From Dicyema japonicum (lineage: Eukaryota; Animalia; Dicyemida): a DNA stretch of 64,000 nt. Of the stretch, positions 37,561 to 48,869 are shown piece by piece. The stretch's first letter is position 1. Each line of letters starts with the position of its first letter. The notes beneath the pieces are model-generated. The model saw only the letters and a program-made list of their open reading frames with translations, searched no databases and had not been told where the DNA came from. A program made the translations under genes and the position numbers. Location: the NCBI GenBank assembly GCA_011109175.1, contig RDEW01000006.1:1386133-1450132 (forward strand), written 5' to 3'.

Positions 37561-38512
37561 AACATAGCTATAATGATGCATTGACTCAGAGTATTGTGAT
37601 CCTGGTGACACTCATTTACGTGTATTTTATTGTTTCGTTCCAAGTTTACTATTTGGTGTTTCGACTCCTTGCTTTTTTCACAAATCGTTATATTATCATT
37701 CAGTTTACAAATTTTCGATAAATTAATATTTTTAAATCTTAAAATTTCATTGTATTTATTGAAGAGTAATAATTCTGTATATAAAACTGGTTTTATTTTT
37801 TACTTTAATGTTTTCAACAAGATTAGACAGAACCTAAACTCACTAATCTAAAATATCGCTCTTGCAATGAAAAATACTTATATCTCTTAATATATTAGAA
37901 GGGATCGTTATATTTTTGAATATGTTTGTTGAATAATCTCGCTTTCTTCTATGTAGACACATTGTTGTTTACATTCTTTCATCACTCAACATGTTGATTT
38001 ACAGTTTACACGCTAAAAATGGCTTTTCCGTATTTTATTGACATTTCTTCTATGCTCTTTTAGTAGGTCAAAATTGATAATGGCAGATTCTTTGTATTTT
38101 CGGTTGAAGAATTCTACAATTGTGGTCATATGTGTTTTCTTTGATGTAATGACCCGTAGAATCCCTGCTAATCTTGCTATCTTTTTGATAGACACGACTT
38201 TATTGGCCTCAAATTATGATGTTTACACACTTTCATCGCTTAATATATTGAATTTGCAAAATTAAGAGATAAAACCATTCTTTTGACCTCAGTGATGGTG
38301 AACTCTTATTTCGTCATCGTTGTGGTGAGGGTACATCAAACTAGTATTAACCTTTGAAGCTAAAATTAAGAGACAAATGATGTAAGAGATATTTGGGTTT
38401 GGTTATTCCAGTGAATGTTAGATTTTTGATTGTGGTGAACCTTATCATTTATCACATCCACAATTATCAAAATAACGTTAATATTGTTACTCTCAATTAA
38501 AAATTATGGCAT

Positions 38513-39256
38513 TTAACACTGGGAGTCGTTCATTTCTGAATCATCATTAGAAAGGTCAGATATTTGTTTGGTAAAGCCATCAGCACAGACGTCTGCCCCA
38601 AAGGATATTTTGTTAGTAATATTTATTCCCTCTCTACTTGATTTACTGAAATAATAATAAATTATAACTCAGAAGATGATCTCATAATAGCATTAAATAT
38701 GGATTTTAAGATTAAGGACAAATCCTCAGCCACAGCAGAACAGATAATGTAGGAGACCAATGAATTATCACGTTTCATTGGGAAGTTGCGTTTAAGTTTA
38801 TCAATAGTCATTTCTAAGTTAATAATACAGAATTACTGGGATTAAGGTCTAATTTGTTACCAATAATTACAAATGGGACTCCTTTGGTTTCATGGGCATC
38901 ATCCAATCGATTTAGTCCACTCAATGCCTCACCATATCTTGCTTTATCAGACAAGTCAATCACAAAACATAAAAGAGACAGGTCGAACAACTGATGACCC
39001 CACAAATCCCTAACTCGGGAATCACCAGGGACATCCTTTCATTTAGGAAAATAACAAACCCAAAAGTTTAAAACAACTCCTTTATATTTCAGGGTATATA
39101 TTTTGGGAGATTCAGTTGGAGAAGTCTCAGGTGCTAAACATTTTACTATTTTTTGTGCAATGACTTAAATAATTAAGTAATAAACCTGTCTTTCCCGAAT
39201 TATCTAACCCTAACATGACAATTCGTTCTTTTTCTTTTAGAATTAATACCTCCCAT
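38513..39256 (-). CDS. ARF-like small GTPase (divergent ARL)
   Basis: MGGINSK (myristoylation-type start), IVMLGLDNSGKT, FWDVPGD, FVIDLSD, IIGNKLD, CSA; tiny introns; C-terminal extension to TAA at 38513. Confidence 0.82.
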
Positions 39257-39589
39257 TTAATTTGCTATGTTATTATTTAACTAATAATAATTGGTTTACC
39301 AATATTAATTTAATTTTTTGTAATAATAAATTAATCATAAATTATTATTAAATTTATGACTTTCATACTTAATCATAATAACCTGTCTGTTTTAAGTCTA
39401 CTCACTTTGCTGTATTTAAATAATAATCTAAATGGTTTTGAAAAATGTACATTACTTGAGATAATTATTGTAGTTGACTTTGATGATTAAATTTTAAAAT
39501 ATGCTTAATTAAAGTGTTCTAATGGTGCTTATTGAAATTGCTCTAAATACCATCCAAGTTAGTACTATTATATTCACTTTAGCATGATT

Positions 39590-39990
39590 TATTTGCTGGA
39601 GAGCTCGAACTACTGTATGGTGCTCCAGTTAAAGTCATACTTATTGTTCTAACGTGTGGGAAGGTGTCGTTTCAAAGGCTTATAAATCTCACTTGTGAGC
39701 CATCGCAATCGATGCACCAACTAGAACATACATTCAATCTGTTTTCCGCAAAAAGACTCTACAGAGCATATTGGTGGAGTATAAATATGGGGTGCGCACT
39801 ATCGAGGAAGATTTGGTTACAGCGACCAATCACCTGTGGAATTAGCGAAACAGTTCGATGACGTTCTAGGCAACCCGAGTGAGGAGGAAACGGATGGGTT
39901 TCAGGTCAACGACTCTTCTTTTAACAAGAGAAAGGTCTAGAAGGGATTAGTAATTTTGATTTGATTGTGTTTTCCGTAAAAATAAAACTC
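39590..39990 (+). mobile_element. R4/Dong-like element 3' fragment
   Basis: Colinear with 17390-17790. Confidence 0.8.
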
Positions 39991-40049
39991 TGTCCTTGGT
40001 TCACTTTAGCACATCTTAATAATAACAGACCGTACTTATGTAGCTTCTC

Positions 40050-41690
40050 TCCTTAAAAGTCTGTTGCTAGGTAATCCTCAACTTGTTGTAGAGACTTTCG
40101 TTATAGGAAATGAATGACCTCACTAACATCACTCTCTTGAAAGTTCATTCCATGTCGGTACTCCACTAACATGCTTTCAAGAGTTTTCTTTATCACAATA
40201 GAATATATGCCCTCGGAATTATATCCACATCCAAAACATCCATATATAACCAAAACAATAGGAATAATTTTAACTTTCGCATTGTATATTTGAGACAACT
40301 CTCCAGCGAGGAGGTCGTATTTATGAAGTTCTTCAATCTCCTGAGAAGTGATTCCAACCTCTACTAAAGTAATTTCACTTGTCCTTTTATCAAAAACAAA
40401 TATATCCGGCTTGTTATGCTGTATCTTTACATCCGTCATTAGCGTCGTATCGACTCGGATCTCGACATTCCAGTTGTTACTATTGATTAGACTGAGTGAG
40501 TCTTTAGTTTCTTTGAATATGTGATTCCATATTTACGACACAGGTTTAAATAAAGACATCTCACCACCTCATTGTGACGTCGTATGTAATCACTATTTAA
40601 CATCCTCTTGCATTTCGTTGCCAAATGATCGACTGCTTTTTCGGCAGACTTACAATGATTGCAGTTCGACTTGGACAATGATTCCTCCTTGCAAGCCATC
40701 CCGAAGACGATGCAATGTCAATAGTCGGGTCTTTTAGTCATTTGAATAACATAGAATGAAGAGATTTACTGTTAATGTTCATCAATAACCATTCAATTTG
40801 GACATGTTTAAGTTGCCGTACATTATTTCAGAGGATTTATCATCCGAGTTATACTTCTGGGTTAAGAATCCCGCGATTGTGGCCACATGTGTTTTTTTAA
40901 ATTGACAGCCCGCAGAATTCCAGCTTTCTTCAGACACACATTAGATTTTCTTTTCAAATCATGGAGGAATTGGATCAACATGCATTCACTTTTGAACACG
41001 ATTGAAGTGAGTCCTCTCCCAAGTTTATCTCTTGGTAAATAGAGCCTCTCTTTATTTGCAGGCTTTAAATGAAGTTTTGTCTCATAAAGAATACTTCAAA
41101 CATCAATATCCTCAAACTCATGTGGTTCAATGTTGATTAGTCAAATATAATAGTTGTAAAGTGACAGTGCGAATTTGTTAATTGCTTTGAACATATTTAC
41201 TGCAATCAACTTTGTGCTTGCCAAACCCTTAATTCTTGGTCTAACTTCATCGGCAATCTTTTCTAAAATTTCCTGTTTTAGAGTGTTACTCCATTTATCC
41301 TCCAACACTCCAAGGTATCGATAACCTTAAGTTCCATCCAAATAATTTGCTTCATTTGATAAACATTCAACACTAGTAGCCGACTTAATGTTTTTATTGA
41401 GTCCTGCTGATTCAAAAAATGATTCAATGTCGTGCATCATCTTAATAATCGTCTTCCTGGGCAAATATTTTTAAATCATCCATAAAAAGCAAATGGTTAG
41501 TGGCATAGGTAATCATCGATGGACTAGACTGGCTAATATGCACTGTTGGGTATTTACCAGTTAATATCCTACTCAAGGGGTCCATCACCAAAACAAATAG
41601 CTGTGGAGACAAGGAGTTCCCTTGCAGAATTCCTCTTGATATTTTTACTGTGAATTCTCCAACAACCAACTCCATCATCATTAATTTTAA
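40050..41690 (-). mobile_element. R4/Dong-like RLE non-LTR element (RT C-half, zinc knuckle, RLE)
   Basis: RGILQGNSLSPQLFVLVMDPL, NHLLFMDDLK, YRYLGVLE, ERLYLPRDKLGRGL, CNHC..HLATKC..YIRRHNEV, NKPDIFVFDK..LVEVGI..KYDLLAGEL. Confidence 0.88.
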
Positions 41691-41699
41691 GGATCGATC

Positions 41700-42077
41700 A
41701 TTAAATAGTTCAATAAGTTATTTATTTTCTTTAACAGTGTTTTGACTGACACAAGAAAAAGATTATTAAGTTATCGCCAATAGTATGAGGTTTTCCGTTC
41801 TTTAGCTATCAATTCAGAAATCATAAATGAACATTTCAATGATTCCGTCGAACTCACAAAGTATCATTAAACAAAATTTGACTGGATCTACAATACATAG
41901 TAAAACTAAATAATAATTGTGTTGTTTTTTTTAATTCATAAAATAATCCACAGATTTTTTGGAATAGTCAGGATGCTTGGAAGTAAAATGTCTATTTAGT
42001 TTGCTAGAAACCATTATTTGTATTTGGCTGGAGGCACACTAGAAATTGTCTCGCGGCACACCGTTTGACAATCTCTG
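41700..42077 (-). mobile_element. hAT/Buster left end with transposase N-terminal remnant
   Basis: TIR is the reverse complement of the 8827 TIR (CAGAGATTGTCAAACGGTGTGCCGC); SSKLNRHFTSKHP..KSVDYF remnant; flank CTTTATAA with central TA. Confidence 0.75.
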
Positions 42078-43007
42078 CTTTATAATATACTACCTCCATC
42101 CATTCTACACACTTCTCTTCAAGCTTTGGGAACTTTGGTTTATGTGCAGCTTTAATTACAGATATTATGAGAATCTTTCAAAATAGTGTCTTTATACAGT
42201 AAAAGATTATTTATGTTTTTCTCGATATCGTATTTCGATAGAAATGCAAGAATATATTATCTAACTCATGACACGAAATAACATCATTTTTTGTTTATAA
42301 TTAACAATTTGAGTTTTTTCATTAAAAGTCAGGCGAGCGTCCACGAAAAACATTCGAAGATATGTGTTAATAAAATTTTTAATTTTTTTCCAATTTTTAT
42401 TAAAAATAAAATAAAATTATAAATTGGCCAATTAATAAGGAGAATAGGAATTTTTCCTAGAAAATTTTACGAAATGTGGCCAATTGAAAGATTGACAAAT
42501 TTGCGAGAGGTCGACTATGTGTATCCAGAGTATATATCTTTCAGAGAGATATCCGTGAATAAATTCCCCTTCTGAAATTATTTGGAGTTCTCCGCCATAT
42601 CCCCTTACCTGTTTTTTTCTGAATACAAAGTAAGTACTGGAAAGAAATAAAAACAAGGAGTTGGGACAGATTTGAATGCATCTACTCTTGTATCTACCTT
42701 AAGTCTGCAATCAGTAGTGTCAACTCCAGAACTTTGCTATTGAAATTGAAATTTATTTCACAGTTAAAGACAAAAACAAGAAATTATTTTATTTATTTAA
42801 CAACCCGAAAAGGGAACACTAAAAAAGAAGGAGTAAACCAACTAATTAAGTGATCCCGGTACGCCTCAACAGAATCAAGAAGTTTTTCAATTATAAAAAA
42901 TATTTCAAGTTTATATGTATTATATTTTTTTAATATAAATTAAATAATATTTGATGGTTAACCATAAATTCATAATAAAATGTTATAAACATTCGGTAAT
43001 TCATAAA

Positions 43008-43867
43008 ATGATTGGATTAATTGGTTTTTAAAAATTACTAATTAAAGGAATCGTACTATTATCTGAGCTATTCGTCGCCAACTCATATAATCATCGTCAT
43101 CACAGAAACCATCATGACAATCACCATAATAGGGATAACAATGAACACAACCAAGATCGAAACCATCATGATAATCACCATAATAAAGACAACAATGAGA
43201 ACAACCAAGAACGAGACAATCATGACAATCACCATAATAGGGACAACAATGAGCACAACCAAGATCGAGATCATCATGACAATCACCATAATAGGGACAA
43301 CAGTGAGCACAACCAAGATCGAAACCATCATGATAATCACCATAATAAAGACAACAATGAGAACAACCAAGATCGAGACCATCATGACAATCACCACAAT
43401 AGGGACAACAATGAGCACAACCAAGATCGAGATCATCATGACAATCACCATAATAGGGACAACAATGAGCACAACCAAGATCGAAACCATCATGACAATC
43501 GCCATCATAATGAGCACAACGAACATAGAAGCCATCACAATGATAATGCCAATAAAAATCGTACTAAAGATGAGCATAATCGGCAAAACCATAACAATGC
43601 ATATATTAGTGATTTTATTTATTTAGAACGACCACCACCATAACAATCGCAGTGTAAACCACCACAATGTAAAGTCAATTTTAATTAAAGTCACGTGATT
43701 ATTCTTCCTGTAAATATTGCATTTACTATAAAAGCAAGGGACTCCAATATAGAGTAGTTAGTTTAATAATTCAGGCTTATTGGGCGAATGAGGATATCGA
43801 CGTGAAGAGACTTGCCGAACAGTACTGCGTTAATAATGGAGAATGTCCCCCCACTTTGAATTCTTGA
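43008..43867 (+). CDS. Putative secreted His/Asn/Asp-rich repeat protein with C-terminal four-Cys domain (~254 aa)
   Basis: Exons 43008-43023, 43048-43598, 43627-43668, 43691-43753 and 43775-43867 splice in frame via 24, 28 (GC-AG), 22 and 21-nt introns. Protein: MIGLIGIVLLSELFVANS + (HHDNHHNRDNNEHNQDRN)x7 + SRDYSSCKYC...YCVNNGECPPTLNS. Confidence 0.72.
43110..43487 (+). repeat. Coding tandem repeat, 7 x 54 bp
   Basis: Unit CATCATGACAATCACCATAATAGGGACAACAATGAGCACAACCAAGATCGAAAC; no indels; unit-end codons cycle AAC/GAC/GAT. Confidence 0.95.
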
Positions 43868-44402
43868 ATTCATTAACTTACTAATCTACTAACAGGGATT
43901 TATTGGGTTATAATAAAGATTTATTGGTGATTTTCAAATCTTTAGAATATTTGGTATTTCATTATTATTACATTTTCTGAATAACTTAGTCGGTGAACCT
44001 TCCTAAATGATATTTACCGATTGAATGAGTTAAAATTAATAACTTCTTCTGTGAAGGGACCAACCGCTTTCGAGGTCTTTTCAGGTAAAAGGGCACAATC
44101 ATAACCCACGTACCAACGACATGAGCATAGATGCCTCAATGAAATACATGAACCACATTATAGTAAAGTTGGATGTTAAAGAGAAAGTCAGGGATCACCT
44201 AATACTTTTCCTATATTGGTGATTATCAGTTATGACATTTGATGCACAAATTAGCTTCGTGCAATCGACCATTAATAGTCACGTAGAGAATCTTGGTTTA
44301 CATTTGATTTGTTTCATTATTGACGGTATTCCTATGATTTATTGTCATATTTAGTTTTGGTGCCAAAAAATTGATAAAAATATCTTGTGATCCCAAAATA
44401 AA

Positions 44403-45441
44403 TTAAAAAGTATTATTAGAGTTCTGATAGTAGTTATATGAAATATTAGAGTTTTCATAGTCAATGAATTGATTTGATGGACTAAATGTAATATAGAGAA
44501 CAAACTGTGAATAATCTGCGTATTGATTAGAACTAAAATATATAAAATAGAATAAACAAATCATATTGATACATGGTGGGAGCATAGTTGCAGTAATATT
44601 GAGAATATTCCTGGTAATTCACATTCTGATTGGTTTGAACAGGCTGTGTTGATTCTCTAAGAGAAACAAATGAATATTACTGACAAGCTGGACTTTTAAA
44701 TTAAAGACAGGCTTTTTATTCCTAAAATTACTATCAAATTTTACTAACATTAATTTTTTGACTTTTTGTCTTGAATTTTTAAAGTAATTACTGATTTGGC
44801 GAATTGTAAGATAGGTTACTTTGGCGATCTCTTCCTTCTCGCATTCGTTTGGGTATTCATTCTCTTCAAAGTACTTTTTCATGTACTCCCGGGCAGATTC
44901 GGGAATGTTGTAAGAATACCTCTCCCCGTAGATATACTCATTGGTGGTGGATTTTTCAGTTTGAATCTGTGCCACGTGAGTCCCGTGTCTGTTATTCCCT
45001 GAAATATTCTCTCTTCTTTAAATGACTTGAACCATAAAAGTGTTAGTTTGTGGTACAGACTTTGATTAAAACTTCCCGTCTTAATAAAATCACGTGCAAG
45101 TTTGAATTCTTGATTATTTATCATTTTTCCACAATTGGAATAGGATTAGTTTCCCTTCTCTTCATTGTGAAACACAAACTAATTTCTACATTTATAACCA
45201 CTATTTTGAAAAATAATACTTTATCCGTCATATCATATTTTGTCAGCTTTCTGATATCAACATATGCTACAAGACATATCTCTCTAAGGGATCACAACAT
45301 CAATCCTTTTTAATAATACGATTGCCCCAGTCAGCACCAACATCCTAAAAGTTATGTTGGATACGGACTATTTGCCTTGATGAATACTATATAAATGTAC
45401 AATGATTAGATTGGTAATTTCATTTAATTCGTTTTTGACAT
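44403..45441 (-). CDS. Divergent SIX/sine oculis-class homeobox gene (boundaries approximate)
   Basis: SIX-domain-like KLTLLW..HRFKLKNPPPMSI directly precedes homeodomain GERYSYNIPESAREYMKKYFEENEYPNECEKEEIAKVTYLTIRQISNYFKNSRQK (K50); one apparent frameshift; Ser/Tyr/Asn-rich tail. Confidence 0.75.
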
Positions 45442-46559
45442 GTTAGTAAAAATTAATTAAATTTCACTACGAAATCTGAATGATACTTATATGAAAAATA
45501 ATTCTTTAAAGATTTTATTTCACAAGACAATAATCCCATTGATGAGTTATTGCATAGCTGTTGTTTTTAGAAAACAGAATATTTAACGAGAGACATAGAA
45601 CGTAGAAAAAAGAAAGAATAACAAACACTCCTCTGTACACGTTTATGTCAATCTACACAGTGATTCCACTTTGTTTACTCAAAACTTATGACTAGGGAAA
45701 CCGTTATAAATAATTAAACATTCGCCATGCCAAGGTCATGAAAAAACATGTGCAACTCAAGAAATAGCAACAAACTCATAAGCAAGCTCCTATAGTCCAT
45801 CCAGATCTTCTCCTCCTAATTGAGGATTATTGGAAGGTTGAACATTAAATTTAATTAATTGAACCAGAAAACCACCGTCATAACCAAAACGAAAAATTCA
45901 GGTGATCCCTGCCTCCCTCAGTAGTCTTCGTATCCTAACCTGATGTTCAGACTCCTCCAGAAAATTGCTTCAATCGCATTGACCATAGTTTCAAAGAAGG
46001 TTTTCCTTGCAAGAAAACTTCCTCAATAGTTTCACCACATTTGCTGAACGTTATAGATCCTGATCAAGTTCGCTTACTAGGGTATTCAATCCATTTAAGC
46101 ATTTGGAGTCTCTTAGATGTACCAGAAAAACCTTCATAAAGTTATTCTTCCTCGTACAAGCCGTTATACATTTCATAATGGTATGAAAAGGTTAAGAACG
46201 TGTCGAACTAAACTCCGAGGATCTTTTAGGTTTTGTTTAGCAGGATAGTTTTCCCGTCTAAATTGACGTCAATTAATAGTTCCCCCAGTCTTCTGTTTGA
46301 CGTGAAAATTGACAAAACTGACTTCTCCGGACTTAAATTGATTTCCATAAAGCCACAAACTCAAATTATTCAGACTGTTCTGTAATCTTGACGTCGATAA
46401 TACTCACATCCCTCGATGCGACAATTACATCATCCGCGTACGACTGTAATTGTCACATTGTGGGATTGGTAGGTGATATTAACAAATATTCAAATGGATT
46501 GTATCCACGATTGGTTGATAGCTAACCGTCTATCAGTATCAGCTCCAAAATTATCATTC

Positions 46560-47226
46560 ACTCTATTCACCCTCCGACCGGCAGTCCAAAGAAAAACCTG
46601 AAATCTTCATCGGACATACTCGGATACCTGTCACAGGAAACCCCTCAATCCTGGGAGTGACATTACGCCAGGCTGCTTAATTTTACCTACCATGCCAAAC
46701 AAGTCTTCATCAAAGGACTACAAAAATTAATTGTCACACGGGCCCTCATCCAGTAGACCCCAGCGAATATGAATAAAGCAATCGAAACCATATACTGCCA
46801 GACAATTGCGCCGGCTGTGGAATATGCCTCTGCTGCCTGTAGATTCGCGTTATCAAGGCCACTATACAAAAACTAAACTTACTACAAAGGAAAACAACAC
46901 GTATGCTGGGACCACAATGTGAAACAAAAATACCTCCCCTGGTGACGGAATCTACAACTCGTAGATGTGGTTCCGGATTTTCCACGCATTTGCTAGGAAG
47001 ATGGACACCCACTAAGCTTCTCACTGTTCCACACAAAAGAAAATCGGTTGGCTAAGAAATTTCCTTCCCCAATCGGCTTCTTCTGCAAGGATCAAAGAAG
47101 GCATTTCCGTTCGACAGTGGGAACAATGGAGACGCACATGCTTAGGATGGCACGTTTAGTTGCGGGGAACTGGATCACCTAACTAGTTAACTTTACTTTG
47201 TCTTTCTTTCTCGGTGATCCCGGGTT
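46560..47226 (+). mobile_element. APE-LINE 3' fragment
   Basis: PLNPGSDI/ILGVTL, IAPAVEYASAA; 3' GGATCACCTAA...GGTGATCCCGGG terminus. Confidence 0.65.
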
Positions 47227-47231
47227 TTTTT

Positions 47232-48452
47232 TTATTTAACCCAAGAACACCAATAGTTAATTTAATTGTATTAAACTAATTAGGTGATCCCGGCCGCCTC
47301 CATCAGGTGTCTCATCTTTTTCCGGTGGGCCTTCCGAAATCCAACACAGCTTCTCTGAGGACGGAAAGGTTTTGAAAGAAGAGCAAGAGGGGTGATGTAA
47401 AGTCTTCTAGTAAGACCCAATCCATTAGAGCATTGTAGGAAGTTGAATTTTCGGCACAGAGCGGCGAATCCCTTCCCATTTTGTCCGATAAGGTCTTCCA
47501 GAGAGGTGGGTGTGAGACTGACTGTTCTCACGAGCTTGCCGAGTTGTAGCTGATAGGGACTGAATATCACTGATTTTCTGTTTGTTCGTCCGAGATAGGT
47601 TGATTCCCCAAGACGCACAGGTGTAGCTGATAGATGGCTTAATGAATAGTTTATGTAGTAGTTTCAATGCTGGGAGAGGGGTTCTGATGCCACCAAAAAT
47701 AGATTTGATCAAACCAACCTTTCTTGAGCAGGTTCCGGAGATATATTCGACATGAAGAGAGAAGGTCATGTGCGTGTCAAAGGCGACTCCTAAAATTTTC
47801 AATTTTTTCATAAAAGGTATTTTAGTTTGGTTGATAAATAAATCAACGGTCATTCTTCCAAAACGTTTGTCTGAGGTAAATAGGGATGTGGAGGACTTCT
47901 CAGGAGATATATTAAGTCTGTTGAAGATTAACCAATTTTGAATCACATGTAGTTGTTTTTGAACTCTTTCTGAGGCTTTTAGGAGATCCTGGTCACGGGA
48001 TCCAATTAGAATGTCATCAGCATAGGAGAGGAGAAGATCGTCTTTATCGACTGATCGTGGCAAATCGGACATAAAAAGGTTGAATAAGGCGGGCTCAGTC
48101 GCGGACTGAGTCAACTTGCTTTCTTGAAGCAGGATCACGTCAATGTTTTGGTTGTTTGTGAAGGATCGTAATTCGAGAATTTTGCTCTTTATTCCGTTGA
48201 TGTTAATCTGCAAAATTGAAAGTTGGGGACCTGGGTTGAGCTCGATGTCGCCAGAGAGTAGTAGAAGGATCCAATTGAGAGTAGAGTTGAAGGAAGCCGT
48301 CCGAAGGAACCAACTTCGGATGGGGGTGAGCAAATGGTCCTTTTCCTAGGTGCATTAAGTGCACCCTGAGCGCCTCCAGAAACGTTATGACTGGTAGACC
48401 AAATGACGCCACGTTTTAAGCTTGAAAACTTGACCTGAGGACGGGAGGGGTT
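47232..48452 (-). mobile_element. Internally deleted APE-LINE with 2A-like peptide
   Basis: 302-aa ORF: LLLLSGDIELNPGP-LSILQININGI..ILLQESKL fused in frame to PALFNLFMSDLP..YADD..LKILGVAFD. Confidence 0.88.
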
Positions 48453-48869
48453 AATAAATAAATAACAAATATTCATAATTTTTACCTTATCTCTAAACAA
48501 AATTAAAATAATTTACTAACATAATATTTTAAAAAGTTATAATAATATAATATTTAAATTTATTTTATCATGCAATTTTTCTCAAAACTTGTGTCATTTA
48601 TTGGAAGTCTCTATAATGATAAATTTCGATTGTATAAAGCTTAATAATTTTAGCAAAATCACTAGGAATCTGCTGATTATGATGGTGGGAATCTATTTTT
48701 TCAGCACAGTCGATTTTACCGAATTCTCTCCATTGCTTGAACCATCACTTTAATGTTATCTAACAATTTGTTTTCATTCTTTATGTTTTGCTTATTCAGA
48801 CATATAGTACTATATTATGGAATAATAAAGACAACAACTTTTTGGTTGAGCTGGTGGCTCTTGAACTCA

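Noticed and set aside
43083-43626. 169-aa poly-hydrophobic ORF (minus) and 170-aa Thr/Ile ORF (plus) from the ORF track
   Set aside because: These are shadow frames of the 54-bp repeat. Only the His-rich frame connects to a signal peptide and downstream exons.
47236-48454. piggyBac-like TTAA-CCC...GGG-TTAA termini
   Set aside because: There is no extended TIR, the contents are LINE-derived, and the same GGGTTAA end occurs on another LINE copy at 28393.
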